A stretch of DNA of 64,000 bases from Macrostomum hystrix. Lineage: Eukaryota; Animalia; Platyhelminthes. This document shows, in pieces, positions 12,519 through 39,664 of this stretch. Within the stretch, counting starts at the first letter, position 1. Each line of letters begins with the position of its first letter. Where the stretch lies: contig CATNEN010000038.1 in assembly GCA_950097015.1 (NCBI GenBank), positions 2,480,001 to 2,544,000 on the forward strand, written 5' to 3'. Below the pieces are notes generated by a model that made no database searches, was not told the DNA's origin, and worked only from the letters and a program-made list of their open reading frames with translations. Position numbers and translations under genes: made by a program.

Positions 12519-14274
12519 AAGTAGCTTGTAATTTTATCAATCATAATAAAACCAACTGTCAACATGTTTCTCATTTGAGGCTGTCCTGTTTTTTAAGGCT
12601 GTACGACGTATTTCGTACTTACTGGCCTTTTATTTTCGCATGAGAAGTTAAATTTCATTATTTTAACAAATTGAAATGTAGTGACCAGAATGTATAGTGA
12701 CATGTTGTAACTTTTTAATGTCATTCTCGGCGAGATTCTTTGATCTTTGATGCGTGAGTGACAGGAAGCAATTTTTTATTTGACGTATGATTGACAGGTA
12801 GCTAAAACTGGTTGGCACTTACTTTCTGTGCATTATCATAATATTGCTTTCATACGCATGCTATACTACTGCCTACTCTTATGAGTAGCATGCTGAGGGT
12901 TTCTTTCTTTTTTCTTCTTCAAATTTTAAGAACTGCGTAATTTATAATTAGCGAAAAATGGAAGATAACGGATATTCAGTCTGAATTAGAGAAATAAAAC
13001 ACAGTCTTGCTAAAGCAATAGTGCTTCACTGTGAATAAGTATTACTTATTATATATGAATTATTTGGAGAAGTTTACTACGCACAAATGTATACAGCGTT
13101 GTAAAATCGACAGAAACATACGCCTGTTTATTTTTATCAGTTAGTTTCCAGCTAAACAGAAACACAGCAAGTATCATTAGAGGTATTATAATATCTCATT
13201 GGGGGGGGGTTAAAAAAGCAACATGCTAGCTAGAGTCTGTAAATGTAGTTTCTAGTTAAATCAAGACACTATTTATAACAAACACTAAAAACAGTTCAGA
13301 AGCATTCAATAATTATTAATCTTTATATGCAAATTATATTAAATATGCAGACACACTCATAGAGATGGGGCTCAACAGCATGGCGGTAAAGCCTACGCTG
13401 TAATAACAAATGGATTTGATTTATCGGTCAATTAAAACGTGCCTGCTCGAGTTTTTGTAAGTCAATTTTATCCGGCTGAAAGGGTGACAAATGAAAACAC
13501 TGCCAAAGCCAACACTGCTGCTTGTCAAGGGCAGTAATTGGTTACCAAGGACTACAGTTGGTTGGCAACGGCGATAGTTGGTTGCTAATGCAAACGAGAT
13601 CATAAAGAAGCTTAAAAACTTGTTGCTAATGACAACAAATCCATGATCCTCTACCTACGCACAGGCAAACGTATAAAAAAGCAAATTTTAAACAATTAGA
13701 AAAACTTGCTGAGGTGCTAGAAGAACAAATAACTAAAAAGATGCCCCTTTTGGGGGGAGAAAATGAATAAAATATTTTCATATTATAAAAACACGGTACA
13801 GCAATGCAGGTCGGGGTGCATTTAGAAATGGTGTTTCAGCCTAACAAATATAAAAATGCGTTGGGAAAATTAAACTGAAGTAAATTGAATAACTTTAATT
13901 TTACCCACTTATCATGCAGAGAAAAATATAACAAACAAAAATCAATCAAAAGGAGCCTAGACGACAATTCTAAGAAAAGCTATAAGCACAAAAAACGACT
14001 CGACAGACCAATTCAAATTTCATAATCGTAATAAAACAAATTAGTAAACAAATAAACTAATAGATCAATAAATAAGTAAACAAGCTGGGGGGAGGCTAAA
14101 ACTCTCCAACGACAGTCCAAAAAGCAAGAATATTATTTTAAGTTTCGACAGTAGGAAAAATGATAAAGACAGAACAGAGACAGACAGAGACAAGATGAAG
14201 ATTGTCCGCAGACGGACAAAGACAGCGAGTTGGTTAATAAGCATCAAAGCAGCTGTGTCTGGCAGTCGGCTATT

Positions 14275-26706
<12,432 letters not shown>

Positions 26707-27481
26707 AACTTAAAAGAAATTAAATGTTAATTTAAAATAAAAGAAATACAGAACACTTCTCAAACTGCGTACTCAGGTGTAGATCTTCGAAAGTTTCAAG
26801 TTTACATTTGTTTCTATGAAAATAATGTTTAATTTCGTTCCACTTTTTTGCGTAATTATGCAGTCATGGAAACAATATGTTATATTATTCAGCTAATGTT
26901 CATGAGAGAAATGGGAAAGATCGAAAGGTAAACAATATAGACTAAAAATATAAAAATATAAATCTTTAGCTAATTCTGAAAATTAAAAATTAATGCATTA
27001 TTTCTGATGTAAGTGTAAGTGTGTAAGTGGTGTGTGGAATCACAACTGCTAGAAAGTTACGCAGTTAACGTTGCTTTCTCAACATTTCTCTAAGATTACA
27101 GTTTTACCAGAAAAAAATTGAACTTGCATATTGTTTAGAAAAAATTATAGGACCGAATGCAATATAAGTTGACTCTGGTTTAACGAAAGGTAACTGCTAT
27201 AAAAAGTGTTTATAATAATGTGCCATGCGTGTTGGATTCCATGATCTGCATATATGCGAGTTGTCTGGTACGCCAAATAATGCGCAAAATCACTATGAAC
27301 ATGTGTTACATGGTAAATGAATGCTTCTACCCCTCATACACATATACAATTAAATAAGTGTACATGTACTACACCTTAGCTCATTCAATTGAAAGGTATA
27401 GCCAGTTTTTTATGGAAAGATATGCATATATCAAAACCATACAAGTATATAAAATTTACCGCTTGGATATAATCAACTTAC

Positions 27482-27494
27482 AAAAATCCTCCAT
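27482..27494 (-). CDS. Candidate alternative PKA-C first exon (MEDF-F)
   Basis: ATG GAG GAT TTT T|gtaagt: consensus donor in the required phase 1. Very short, so it could be chance. Confidence 0.4.
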
Positions 27495-28759
27495 GAGGAT
27501 GATTTTATGCTTAAAAGCGTGGCCTCCTCCGAATGTGGCAGGTCCAGGTGCCGCGGTAAGCACAATTTGTAAGGCCAAATCGATCAAAAACTGGCACAAT
27601 ATATTCTACACAGGAGCCAATATACCGATTCTATGTGAACGTGAAACTGGTAACTTTGGCAACTTAAAAGGCGGGAAAGCGCTACTCGAGCAAACGACGA
27701 CGTGCTAAAATAATTGGAGCTTTCTTGCGAGAGAGCCGCGAAGACAGAAATATACCGAGAGCAAATATAAATGGAGGGTGGGTGGGACCGCTAGTAAGGG
27801 CTTCGGAATTGTTGCGTTTAACTGTCAAGACCAGCTGAAGCGCTCGAGTAATATGCGAAGACCCGCATGCAATGTCCCTCTGTTCGCGAGAGCTAGCTAT
27901 ACGCAGCCAGTCCTGTTTATTGTGCGATCAAGGGGGGCCGGGGCGCAAAAAGTCTCCGAAGAAGAAATTCGTCCTCGCGACAAATGTACGCCGCTTATTG
28001 CAGCGAAAGCAACGAGAGACTATTATAACCTACTACATAGCTGTATTGCACGACAGCATTGAATTGCAGTCTATATAGGTTGTGTTTTGATATGGCCACG
28101 AAGCCCAATGTGTGTCATTATATGCGGAAAGCCAGTACACTCCCTGCTCTTCTGCTCCTCCCTGCTATCTCTCTCATTCGCAGTGAAGGCATATGATATT
28201 GCACTGCTTTTTGTTAGCTGTCTTATCAATTATTCTAATTCTAATTAAATAGACATTTGGCACCCTTCCTACTCGTGACAGGGCCTCTAGTAGAATAAAT
28301 AAATAATGATATATATAAATATATATAATAGTAGCACAGGATGATGTAGTCAACCGCAAAAATGTCTCATATACTATACTGTTGCGTTCTACTCAACGCC
28401 GCAGTTAACCTCAACCTGTTGTGAGTGAAATTTAAAATAATAAGGTATTGAAGTAGCAGCAACACAATGAGATATTCAATGGTCATAAACACTTCAATAT
28501 AAAATACGTATTCATAGTCCCTTAGAATTGATGCTTGAAAGCTTAAGGTATTAAAAATAAGCTTTTCGAGTAATAAACGGTAGCTTCTTGAGTTTGTGTA
28601 ACGGGCTTCTTAAATTCTCAGCACTTTTTGCTTCACTTTGTTTGAGAACTATGCTTGACTAGAGTGCAGATGGATTCAGAGATTCGGAACACAAAATTTA
28701 CGGTGGAAATAATTCGCATAGTAAATTCTTACACACTATTAAATTTACACGCTTTTAAA

Positions 28760-30072
28760 GATCACACAATAATGTCTAACAGCTGTATTAACTCGGTAAC
28801 AACAGATCACACACCAATGTCTAACAGCTGTATTAACTCGGTAACAACAGATCACACACCAATGTCTAACAGCTGTATTAACTCGGTAACAACAGATCAC
28901 ACACCAATGTCTAACAGCTGTATTAACTCGGTAACAACAGATCACACACCAATGTCTAACAGCTGTATTAACTCGGTAACAACAGATCACACACCAATGT
29001 CTAACAGCTGTATTAACTCACTAGCAACAGATCACACACCAATGTCTAACAGCTGTATTAACTCGGTAACAACAGATCACACACCAATGTCTAACAGCTG
29101 TATTAACTCGGTAACAACAGATCACACACCAATGTCTAACAGCTGTATTAACTCGGTAACAACAGATCACACACCAATGTCTAACAGCTGTATTAACTCG
29201 GTAACAACAGATCACACACCAATGTCTAACAGCTGTATTAACTCACTAACAGATCACACACCAATGTCTAACAGCTGTATTAACTCGGTAACAACAGATC
29301 ACACACCAATGTCTAACAGCTGTATTAACTCGGTAACAACAGATCACACACCAATGTGTAACAGCTGTACCAACTCGGTAACAACAGATCACACACCAAT
29401 GTCTAACAGCTGTGCCAACTCAATAACAACAGATCACACACCAATGTCTAACAGCTGTACCAACTCGGTAACAACAGATCACACACCAATGTCTAACAGC
29501 TGTGCCAACTCAATAACAACAGATCACACACCAATGTCTAACAGCTGTATTAACTCACTAACAACAGATCACACACCAATGTCTAACAGCTGTATTAACT
29601 CGGTAACAACAGATCACACACCAATGTCTAACAGCTGTGCCAACTCAATAACAACAGATCACACACCAATGTCTAACAGCTGTATTAACTCGGTAACAAC
29701 AGATCACACACCAATGTCTAACAGCTGTATTAACTCGGTAACAACAGATCACACACCAATGTCTAACAGCTGTATTAACTCGGTAACAACAGATCACACA
29801 CCAATGTCTAACAGCTGTATTAACTCGGTAACAACAGATCACACACCAATGTCTAACAGCTGTATTAACTCACTAACAGATCACACACCAATGTCTAACA
29901 GCTGTATTAACTCGGTAACAACAGATCACACACCAATGTCTAACAGCTGTATTAACTCGGTAACAACAGATCACACACCAATGTCTAACAGCTGTATTAA
30001 CTCGGTAACAACAGATCACACACCAATGTCTAACAGCTGTATTAACTCGGTAACAACAGATCACACACCAAT
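28760..30072. repeat. 45-bp minisatellite (agatcacacaccaatgtctaacagctgtattaactcggtaacaac), ~29 copies
   Basis: Direct periodicity; the 487-aa ORF is a translation of the repeat. Confidence 0.95.
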
Positions 30073-30579
30073 CTCTAAAATGCTTACAACCAATGAGTTA
30101 AGACCAGTGTCATTGTAACCAGTTTGATGTCTGTTAAAATATCGTGCATTTTAATGAATCATAGTTGTATTTATATTAAATGAGCTGAAAACATTTCCAT
30201 TGAAATTTTATTTTTGTTCTCTTTTTTGCCACGAAGGAAACTAAAAAAGTTATATTCTTTATTATACAAAGGTCGCGCGTTTAAGTTTTAGTAACTATTT
30301 ATAGCTTTAAAAAATTTTAGTCTAAGTTGACAAACTTTATGTTTTTTTCTGATGAAACTGCAACACAAAAGCCTCCGCTGCTAATTCTGGCAGCTGAGAA
30401 TGCTGAGCAGTTGAGAGCTGAGTACATTGTTTATTGCTATTACATTGCTATCTGCAATGCGCTATGAGGTGAAGAACTGGTTTCTTTGAAAACATCTACC
30501 GCTTGTCTCTCATTTATTAAGTCAAAAGTGCACTTTTGGTGCATATCTAGGGGGAAGTCACAAGAAAATAATTGCACTT

Positions 30580-30921
30580 ATCTCCTATTTTCTCAGCTGA
30601 ATCTGCTATTATCTCGCCTGAATCTACTATTTTCTCAGCTGAATCTGCCATTTTTCTCGCCTGAATATACTATTTTCTCAGCTGAATCTGCTATTTTCTA
30701 GCCTGAATCTCCTATTTTCTCAGCTGTATCTCCTATTTTCTCAGCTGTATCTCCTATTTTCTCACCTGAATCTCCTATTTTCTCACCTGAATCTCCTATT
30801 TTCTCACCTGAATCTCCTATTTTCTCAGCTTAATCTCCTATTTTCTCAGCTGAATCTCCTATTTTCTCAGCTGAATCTTCTATTTTCTCAGCTGAATCTC
30901 CTATTTTCTCACCTGAATCTC
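30580..30921. repeat. 21-bp minisatellite (ctgaatctcctattttctcag)
   Basis: Direct periodicity. Confidence 0.9.
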
Positions 30922-31567
30922 AAATTTACTATTCCGATTATCTGTCTCTCTCGTTTGCAGTTTCTGCACAGGCGAGCTATAATTATTTTCGAGCTCTCTC
31001 TAGTACGTTGTATAGCACGAATGTATATATATTTGCTTAGCAACTACAAGCTAGGTCGGGCAGTCCCTACGGCATTTCGGCGGCCTGTTTCATCGCTACA
31101 GATATGACGAATTGTGGCCCCTGTCTCGCTGTGTATTTGCACTTCCCGCCCATGTAAATGTAACTGTTCTAGGCTACTACTGTAGGCCGTTATTTCCGAG
31201 TGCCCTAAACCCTGGATACCCATTCCGGCCCTTTTTAACTCTCCTGTTAAGTTTTATATATAGTTCCCCGATGCCGGATTCCTGCATCTATATCATGGTT
31301 AATATTTCATGACGCAGTATTTCAACACATGCACAAATTGTCTTGTGTATGCTACAGTTAATTGCAAAGCTTTGGTGATGCAAAGTACGGAGCTGGGTTA
31401 AAGAAACGCGTTTTACAGATGAGCAATGTAACACTAACGAAGTTGAGCGCTAAGAAAGATTAATTTTTTAAGTTTCTCGCATATCTTGCGAAATTTCTGT
31501 TTTCGAAAGATTTCCGTCATAAAAAATGATTTTCTTTGACTCTGCACCTGCATTTCTTGAATTAAGG

Positions 31568-34500
31568 ATCTCTCCTGTCTCATCTCTTCCCTGTCTCATC
31601 TCTCCCCTGTCTCATCTCTCCCCTGTCTCATCTCTCCCCTGTCTCATCTCTCCCCTGTCTCATATCTCCCCTGTCTCATCTCTCCCATGTCTCATCTTTA
31701 CCCTGTCTCATCTCTCCCCTGTCTCATCTCTCCCCTGTCTCATCTCTCCCCTGTCTCATCTCTCCTCTGTCTCATCTCTCCCATGTCTCATCTCTCCCCT
31801 GTCTCATCTCTCCCCTGTCTCATCTCTACCCTGTCTCATCTCTCCCCTGTCTCATATCTCCCCTGTCTCATCTTTACCCTGTCTCATCTCTCCCCTGTCT
31901 CATCTCTCCCCTGTCTCATCTCTCCCCTGTCTCATCTCTCCCCTGTCTCATCTCTCCTCTGTCTCATCTCTCCTCTGTCTCATCTTTCTCCTGTCTCATC
32001 TCTCCCATGTCTCATCTCTCCCCTGTCTCATCTCTCCCCTGTCTCATCTCTCCCCTGTCTCATCTCTCCTCTGTCTTATCTCTCCTTTGTCTGATCTCTC
32101 CCCAGTCTCATCTCTCCCTGTCTCATCTCTACCCTGTCTCATCTCTCCCCTATCTCATCCCTCCCCTGTCTCATCTCTCCTCTGTTTCATCTCTCCAATG
32201 TCTCATCTCTCCTTTGTCTCATATCTCCCCAGTCTCATCTCTCCTATGTCTCATCTCTCCTTTGTCTCATCTCTCCTCTGTTTCATCTCTCCTATGTCTC
32301 ATCTCTCCTTTGTCTCATATCTCCCCTGTCTCATCTCTACCCTGTCTCATCTCTCCCCTGTCTCATCTCTCCCCAGTCTCATCTCTCCCCTGTCTCATCT
32401 CTCCCCTGTCTCATCTCTCCCCTGTCTCATCTCTCCCCTGTCTCATCTCTCCCATGTCTCATCTCTCCCCTGTCTTATCTCTCCCCTGTCTCATCTCTCC
32501 TCTGTCTTATCTCTCCTCTGTCTCATCTTTACCCTGTCTCATCTCTCCCCTGTCTCATCTCTCCTCTGTCTCATCTCTCCTCTGTCTCATCTTTCTCCTG
32601 TCTCATCTCTCCCATGTCTCATCTCTCCCCTGTCTCATCTCTCCCCTGTCTCATCTCTCCCCTGTCTCATCTCTCCTCTGTCTTATCTCTCCTTTGTCTG
32701 ATCTCTCCCCAGTCTCATCTCTCCCTGTCTCATCTCTACCCTGTCTCATCTCTCCCCTATCTCATCCCTCCCCTGTCTCATCTCTCCTCTGTTTCATCTC
32801 TCCAATGTCTCATCTCTCCTTTGTCTCATATCTCCCCAGTCTCATCTCTCCTATGTCTCATCTCTCCTTTGTCTCATCTCTCCTCTGTTTCATCTCTCCT
32901 ATGTCTCATCTCTCCTTTGTCTCATATCTCCCCTGTCTCATCTCTACCCTGTCTCATCTCTCCCCTGTCTCATCTCTCCCCTGTCTCATCTCTCACCTGT
33001 CTCATCTCTCCCCTGTCTCATCTCTCCCCTGTCTCATCTCTCCCCTGTCTCATCTCTACCCTGTCTCATCTCTCCCCTGTCTCATCTCTACCCTGTCTCA
33101 TCTCTCCCCTATCTCATCCCTCCCCTGTCTCATCTCTCCTCTGTTTCATCTCTCCAATGTCTCATCTCTCCTTTGTCTCATATCTCCCCAGTCTCATCTC
33201 TCCTTTGTCTCATCTCTCCCCAGTCTCATCTCTCCCCTGTCTGATCTCTCCCCAGTCTCATCTCTCCCCTGTCTCATCTCTCCCCTGTCTCATCTCTCCT
33301 CTGTCTCATCTCTTCTCTGTCTCATCTTTCTCCTGTCTCATCTCTCCCATGTCTCATCTCTCCCCTGTCTCATCTCTCCCCTGTCTCATCTCTCCCTGTC
33401 TCATCTCTACCCTGTCTCATCTCTACCCTGTCTCATCTCTACCCTGTCTCATCTCTCCCCTGTCTCATCCCTCTAAGTCTCATCTCTCCCCAGTCTCATC
33501 TCTCCCTGTCTCAACTCTACCCTGTCTCATCTCTACCCTGTCTCATCTCTCCCCTGTCTCATCCCTCTCAGTCTCATCTCTTCCCAGTCTCATCTCTCCC
33601 CTGTCTCATCTCTCCTCTGTCTTATCTCTCCTTTGTCTGATCTCTCCCCAGTCTCATCTCTCCCTGTCTCATCTCTACCCTGTCTCATCTCTCCCCTATC
33701 TCATCCCTCCCCTGTCTCATCTCTCCTCTGTTTCATCTCTCCAATGTCTCATCTCTCCTTTGTCTCATATCTCCCCAGTCTCATCTCTCCTATGTCTCAT
33801 CTCTCCTTTGTCTCATCTCTCCTCTGTTTCATCTCTCCTATGTCTCATCTCTCCTTTGTCTCATATCTCCCCTGTCTCATCTCTACCCTGTCTCATCTCT
33901 CCCCTGTCTCATCTCTCCCCAGTCTCATCTCTCCCCTGTCTCATCTCTCCCCTGTCTCATCTCTCCCCTGTCTCATCTCTCCCCTGTCTCATCTCTCCCA
34001 TGTCTCATCTCTCCCCTGTCTTATCTCTCCCCTGTCTCATCTCTCCTCTGTCTTATCTCTCCTCTGTCTCATCTCTCCCCTGTCTCATCCCTCTCAGTCT
34101 CATCTCTTCCCAGTCTCATCTCTCCCCTGTCTCATCTCTCCTCTGTCTTATCTCTCCTTTGTCTGATCTCTCCCCAGTCTCATCTCTCCCTGTCTCATCT
34201 CTACCCTGTCTCATCTCTCCCCTATCTCATCCCTCCCCTGTCTCATCTCTCCTCTGTTTCATCTCTCCAATGTCTCATCTCTCCTTTGTCTCATATCTCC
34301 CCAGTCTCATCTCTCCTTTGTCTCATCTCTCCCCAGTCTCATCTCTCCCCTGTCTGATCTCTCCCCAGTCTCATCTCTCCCCTGTCTCATCGCTCCCCTG
34401 TCTCATCTCTCCTCCGTCTCATCTCTTCTCTGTCTCATCTTTCTCCTGTCTCATCTCTCCCATGTCTCATCTCTCCCCTGTCTTATCTCTCCCCTGTCTC

Positions 34501-36876
34501 ATCTCTCCCTGTCTCATCTCTACCCTGTCTCATCTCTCCCCTGTCTCATCCCTCTAAGTCTCATCTCTCCCCAGTCTCATCTCTCCCTGTCTCAACTCTA
34601 CCCTGTCTCATCTCTACCCTGTCTCATCTCTCCCCTGTCTCATCCCTCTCAGTCTCATCTCTTCCCAGTCTCATCTCTCCCCTGTTTCATCTCTCCTATG
34701 TCTCATCTCTCCTTTGTCTCATATCTCCCCTGTCTCATCTCTACCCTGTCTCATCTCTCCCCTGTCTCATCTCTCCCCTGTCTCATCTCTCCCCTGTCTC
34801 ATCTCTCCCCTGTCTCATCTCTCCCCTGTCTCATCTCTCCTCTGTTTCATCTCTCCAATGTCTCATCTCTCCTTTGTCTCATATCTCCCCAGTCTCATCT
34901 CTCCTTTGTCTCATCTCTCCCCAGTCTCATCTCTCCCCTGTCTGATCTCTCCCCAGTCTCATCTCTCCCCTGTCTCATCTCTACCCTGTCTCATCTCTCC
35001 TCTGTCTCATCTCTCCTCTGTCTCATCTTTCTCCTGTCTCATCTCTCCCATGTCTCATCTCTCCCCTGTCTCATCTCTCCCCTGTCTCATCTCTCCCCTG
35101 TCTCATCTCTCCTCTGTCTTATCTCTCCTTTGTCTGATCTCTCCCCAGTCTCATCTCTCCCTGTCTCATCTCTACCCTGTCTCATCTCTCCCCTGTCTCA
35201 TCTCTCCCCTGTCTCATCTCTCCCCTGTCTCATCTCTCCCTGTCTCATCTCTACCCTGTCTCATCTCTACCCTGTCTCATCTCTCCCCTGTCTCATCCCT
35301 CTCAGTCTCATCTCTCCCCAGTCTCATCTCTCCCATGTCTCATCTCTCCCATGTCTCATCTCTCCCCTGTCTCATCTCTTCCCAGTCTCATCTCTCCCCT
35401 GTCTTATTTCTCCCCTGTCTCATCTCTCCTCTGTCTCATCTCTCCTCTGTCTCATCTTTCTCCTGTCTCATCTCTCCCCTGTCTCATCTCTCCCCTGTCT
35501 CATCTCTCCCATGTCTCATCTCTCCCCTGTCTCATCTCTCCTCTGTTTCATCTCTCTAATGTCTCATCTCTCCTTTGTCTCATATCTCCCCAGTCTCATC
35601 TCTCCCATGTCTCATCTCTCCCATGTCTCATCTCTCCCCTGTCTCATCTCTCCCCAGTCTCATCTCTCCTCTGTCTTATCTCTCCTTTGTCTGATCTCTC
35701 CCCAGTCTCATCTCTCCCTGTCTTATCTCTACCCTGTCTCATCTCTCCCCTGTCTCATCTCTCCCCTGTCTCATCTCTCCCCTGTCTCATCTCTCCCCTG
35801 TCTCATCCCTCTCAGTCTCATCTCTCCCCAGTCTCATATCTCCCATGTCTCATCTCTCCCATGTCTCATCTCTCCCCTGGCTCATCTCTTCCCAGTCTCA
35901 TCTCTCCCCTGTCTTATTTCTCCCCTGTCTCATCTCTCCTCTGTCTCATCTCTCCCCTGTCTCATCTCTCCCCTGTCTCATCTCTCCTCTGTCTCATCTC
36001 TCCTCTGTCTCATCTTTCTCCTGTCTCATCTCTCCTCTGTTTCATCTCTCCAATGTCTCATCTCTCCTTTGTCTCATATCTCCCCAGTCTCATCTCTCCC
36101 ATGTCTCATCTCTCCCATGTCTCATCTCTCCCCTGTCTCATCTCTCCTCCGTCTTATCTCTCCTTTGTGTGATCTCTTCCCAGTCTCATCTCTCCCTGTC
36201 TCATCTCTACCCTGTCTCATCTCTACCCTGTCTCATCTCTCCCCTGTCTCATCCCTCTCAGTCTCATCTCTACCCTGTCTCATCTCTCCCCTGTCTCATC
36301 CCTCTCAGTCTCATCTCTCCCCAGTCTCATCTCTCCCATGTCTCATCTCTCCCATGTCTCATCTCTCCCCTGTCTCATCTCTTCCCAGTCTCATCTCTCC
36401 CCTGTCTTATTTCTCCCCTGTCTCATCTCTCCTCTGTCTCATCTCTCCCCTGTCTCATCTCTCCCCTGTCTCATCTCTCCCCTGTCTCATCTCTCCCCAG
36501 TCTCATCTCTCCTTGTCTCATCTCTACCCTGTCTCATCTCTCCCCAGTCTCATCTCTCCCCTGTCTTATCTCTCACCTGTCACATCTCTCCCCTGTCTCA
36601 TCTCTCCCCTGTCTCATCTCTCCCCTGTCTCATCTCTCCTCTGTTTCATCTCTCCAATGTCTTATCTCTCCTTTGTCTCATCTCTCCCCTGTCTCATCTC
36701 TCCCCTGTCTCATCTCTCCCATGTCTCATCTCTCCCCAGTCTCATCTCTCCCCTGTCTCATCTCTCCCCTGTCTCATCTCTCCCCTGTCTCATCTCTCCC
36801 CTGTCTCATCTCTCCCCAGTCTCATCTCTCCCCTGTCTCATCTCTCCCCTGTCTCATCTCTCCCCTGTCTCATCTC
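31568..36876. repeat. 16-bp pyrimidine-rich satellite (tgtctcatctctcccc), 5.3 kb, with larger internal block duplications
   Basis: 16-bp period; an identical run of variant units recurs 607 bp apart (32007 and 32614). Confidence 0.96.
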
Positions 36877-37599
36877 TAAGCTGACACCCCTTATTCCTGC
36901 TAAGTGCTTACTTTTATTTAGGAGCATTTCAATGGCTTGTCTACAGTGTTCCCTGGAAAAGTGCAAAGTCCCTGTCTTTGAAAATAAACATTAGATGCAG
37001 AAAAGCGGTCTTTTAGCTTTTTGTAAATTAAGAGCTACAAAGGCTGGCACTCGTTGACTGATGCCCTTGGTTGCATTCATCCAGCCATATGCATATTTCT
37101 CGCAATCAGAGTTTCACTTCTGACAAAAATATTCCATTTTTGCACACGCAGGAAATGAAGAAACTATACAAGTAGTAAAGGTTCTATAAGATACAGTTGG
37201 CTGCTAGTAACAGTTGTCGAAGGCTCCGATGGTCGCTAGGGACAGCTGTCCGTCAAACAGGCTGCTGTCTGGACTCCCCTATGCCAACTCGGAAGTGCTG
37301 CAGGGTAAGTCTTCAAGAATGCAGTGTCTTTTATACTCGTAGTATCTTCTAATTGCTAGCGGATTGCTGCATGCTTTGCTTCCATATTTATCTCCCAAAC
37401 GTACGGGAACAGTGCATGGGTGCAGTCGTTATCCTGGTCTTCCAGACTAGGAAAAAAAAGGTATCGGTCAGGGACCGACGGTGCCAAGTATTTGTGTCTA
37501 TAACAATGTGATATTTTTGTTTCTTGAATACAGTGCCTTCATCTTAGCGCACTTTCAACACTTGCTGGGCAGACAACGGGACACGGAAAGAGACAGGAG

Positions 37600-38046
37600 C
37601 CCTTACTCTAAAGCCCTCCCCTAGCAACCATGGAGTCTTACTAACAGGGCCCTCCCCTAGCAACCACGGAGCCTTACTAACAGGGCCCTCCCATGCAACC
37701 GGAGAGTCTTACAAACAGGGCCCTCCCCTAGCAACCGGAGAGTCTTACTAACTGGGCCTTCCCCTAGCAACCATGGGGTCCTACTAACTGGGCCCTCCCC
37801 TAGCAACCGGAGAGTCTTACTAACAGGGCCCTCCCCTAGCAACCACGGAGCCTTACTAACAGGGCCCTCCCCTAACAACCATTGAGTCTTACTAACAGGG
37901 CCCTCCCCTAGCAACCGGAGAGTCTTACTAACAGGGCCCTCCCCTAGCAACCATGGATTCTTACTAACTGGACTCTCCCCTAGCAACCAAGGAACAACTT
38001 CTTTACTATAAGCCTCACTAACTGGGCCCCCCCCTAGCAACCATGG
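37600..38046. repeat. 36-bp minisatellite (ccctcccctagcaaccggagagtcttactaacaggg)
   Basis: Direct periodicity, diverged units. Confidence 0.9.
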
Positions 38047-38351
38047 AAACAAGGTTCCCTCAAATAAGCCTGACCTTTGGGCCCTCCCACAGCAATCATG
38101 GAACAATATTTTATTATAAGAAACACTAACTGTGCTCTAGGCCATAGAAACCAAAACACTCTATGCCTAACTCCTATTAGCCCCACTAACCAAATGACTC
38201 TCCCATGGCAACAGCAAGAAAACAAGCTACTGTTCCGGACAGGTTGAACTTTTATAGAAACAATCAGTATGACAATTAAAGTAAACGAATCAAAAGTATT
38301 TGCGCATGAGAATGAGCTGTAGGTACAGTGAGATGTTATTTGTAAACTTAC

Positions 38352-38388
38352 ACCAGGTCTTCATCTTGTCCAAGTCTTTTTCCTTCAT
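38352..38388 (-). CDS. Candidate alternative PKA-C first exon (MKEKDLDKMKTW-F)
   Basis: ATG with an upstream in-frame stop; ends TGG T|gtaagt, a consensus phase-1 donor compatible with exon 24566-24756. Confidence 0.5.
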
Positions 38389-39055
38389 GACAGTTTCCGG
38401 CGCTATCGTCAACTTGTCAAGCCTCAATCGTTGGGCCTTTTAAAAGAAGACTTTCACTAGATGTAGTTCCCCTCCGGCACAGACCTCGCTTCTCTTATTT
38501 CTTTCCCCAAGGTCTCCTATCGTATCCCACTCCTTTCTTCCCCAAACGCCGATAGACCCGCGTTGTCTGCAGGCATCGGCAGCAGGAGACAAGGAGGTGT
38601 AGAAAGTGCAGCGGTGCCAGCAGCCTTCTGCTTGGTCCCTTGTTGCCGAGCGGATGATGGGGACGATTTTAGCGCCCGCGTCGGCACAAATCTCTTCTTC
38701 CTTCTCTCCCCGCCCAGCCAGCGAGGCCCTGGACCTATAGCTATTAGCGGCTGCGCTGAACTTCAACTGGCCTCACAAACCGCTTTGGTACGATGCAGCC
38801 GCATGCATGCGGTCTGTCCATCTGTCCTTTTTCCTTTTATTCTTTCTCTCGGCTAGCAGATTTGAAAGAGTGGCTTCAAAATCCCCGCCAACCATCTTGT
38901 ATCGGCAGCTTCCGAAGTTCAAGTTGGGACACAATCTTTACCAGACCAGCAGACACTGTAGGGATTCTGCAGAGAAGCTACCCGTAGAATAAATTAACGT
39001 TATACTGCATGTATGTGACCTCTTTACTGTCACGTGCTCGATCAGCAAGCACAGA

Positions 39056-39302
39056 GGTACAACAAGTCAGCTGTACACCTGTCTCCCAGTACAATAGGTT
39101 TGCTGTACACCAGTCTCCCAGTACAATAGGTTTGCTGTACACCAGTCTCCCAGTACAATAGGTTTGCTGTACACCAGTCTCCCAGTACAATAGGTTTGCT
39201 GTACACCAGTCTCCCAGTACAATAGGTTTGCTGTACACCAGTCTCCCAGTACAACAAGTCTGCTGTACACCAGTCTCCCAGTACAACAAGTCAGCTGTAC
39301 AC
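39056..39302. repeat. 32-bp minisatellite (gctgtacaccagtctcccagtacaataggttt)
   Basis: Direct periodicity. Confidence 0.9.
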
Positions 39303-39346
39303 TAAATTGTCAAACTAAAATGCCATAAAATTGTGTCATTACTCAC

Positions 39347-39449
39347 AGAATCCATGCGACTGCTCAGCGAAGTCGTTCTCAAGGTCCTCCCTCCTGTGCT
39401 GCTTACACTCCTTGGCCTCTTTGCCGTGATGAAACAGTCGATGCAGCAT
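39347..39449 (-). CDS. Candidate alternative PKA-C first exon (MLHRLFHHGKEAKECKQHRREDLENDFAEQSHGF-F)
   Basis: GC-rich coding-like stretch ending TTC T|gtgagt, a phase-1 donor. Confidence 0.5.
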
Positions 39450-39664
39450 TGGCCCGCCAGCTTGCGATTGAGCTTCTGATGCGTGGAATAATGGTTGGTG
39501 CTCTGTTTTAAAGGTGAATTTCACTTCGAACTACTATAAGTAGCGTGTTTACTTCAATGCTGGACAGCTGAGACAAAAAACTGTCTGAGAATTTTATAGA
39601 GCTACTCAAAATTAGAACAAGTAGTTTGTATATAAAGGATTCTCTAATTTAGATAATTGGAATT

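Noticed and set aside
28655-30118. 487-aa repetitive ORF (DHTPMSNSCINSVTT)
   Set aside because: A 45-bp tandem repeat with near-identical DNA units, a TTG start and no other gene features.
30089-30131. 43-nt AG...GTAAGC segment as a PKA N-terminal exon
   Set aside because: The ATG frame exits in phase 2 and the phase-1 frame contains a stop.
31526-36994. Many long overlapping ORFs (up to 728 aa, SHLSPVSSLPCLISP)
   Set aside because: Stop-poor translations of a 16-bp satellite in all three frames, lying within the PKA 5' region.
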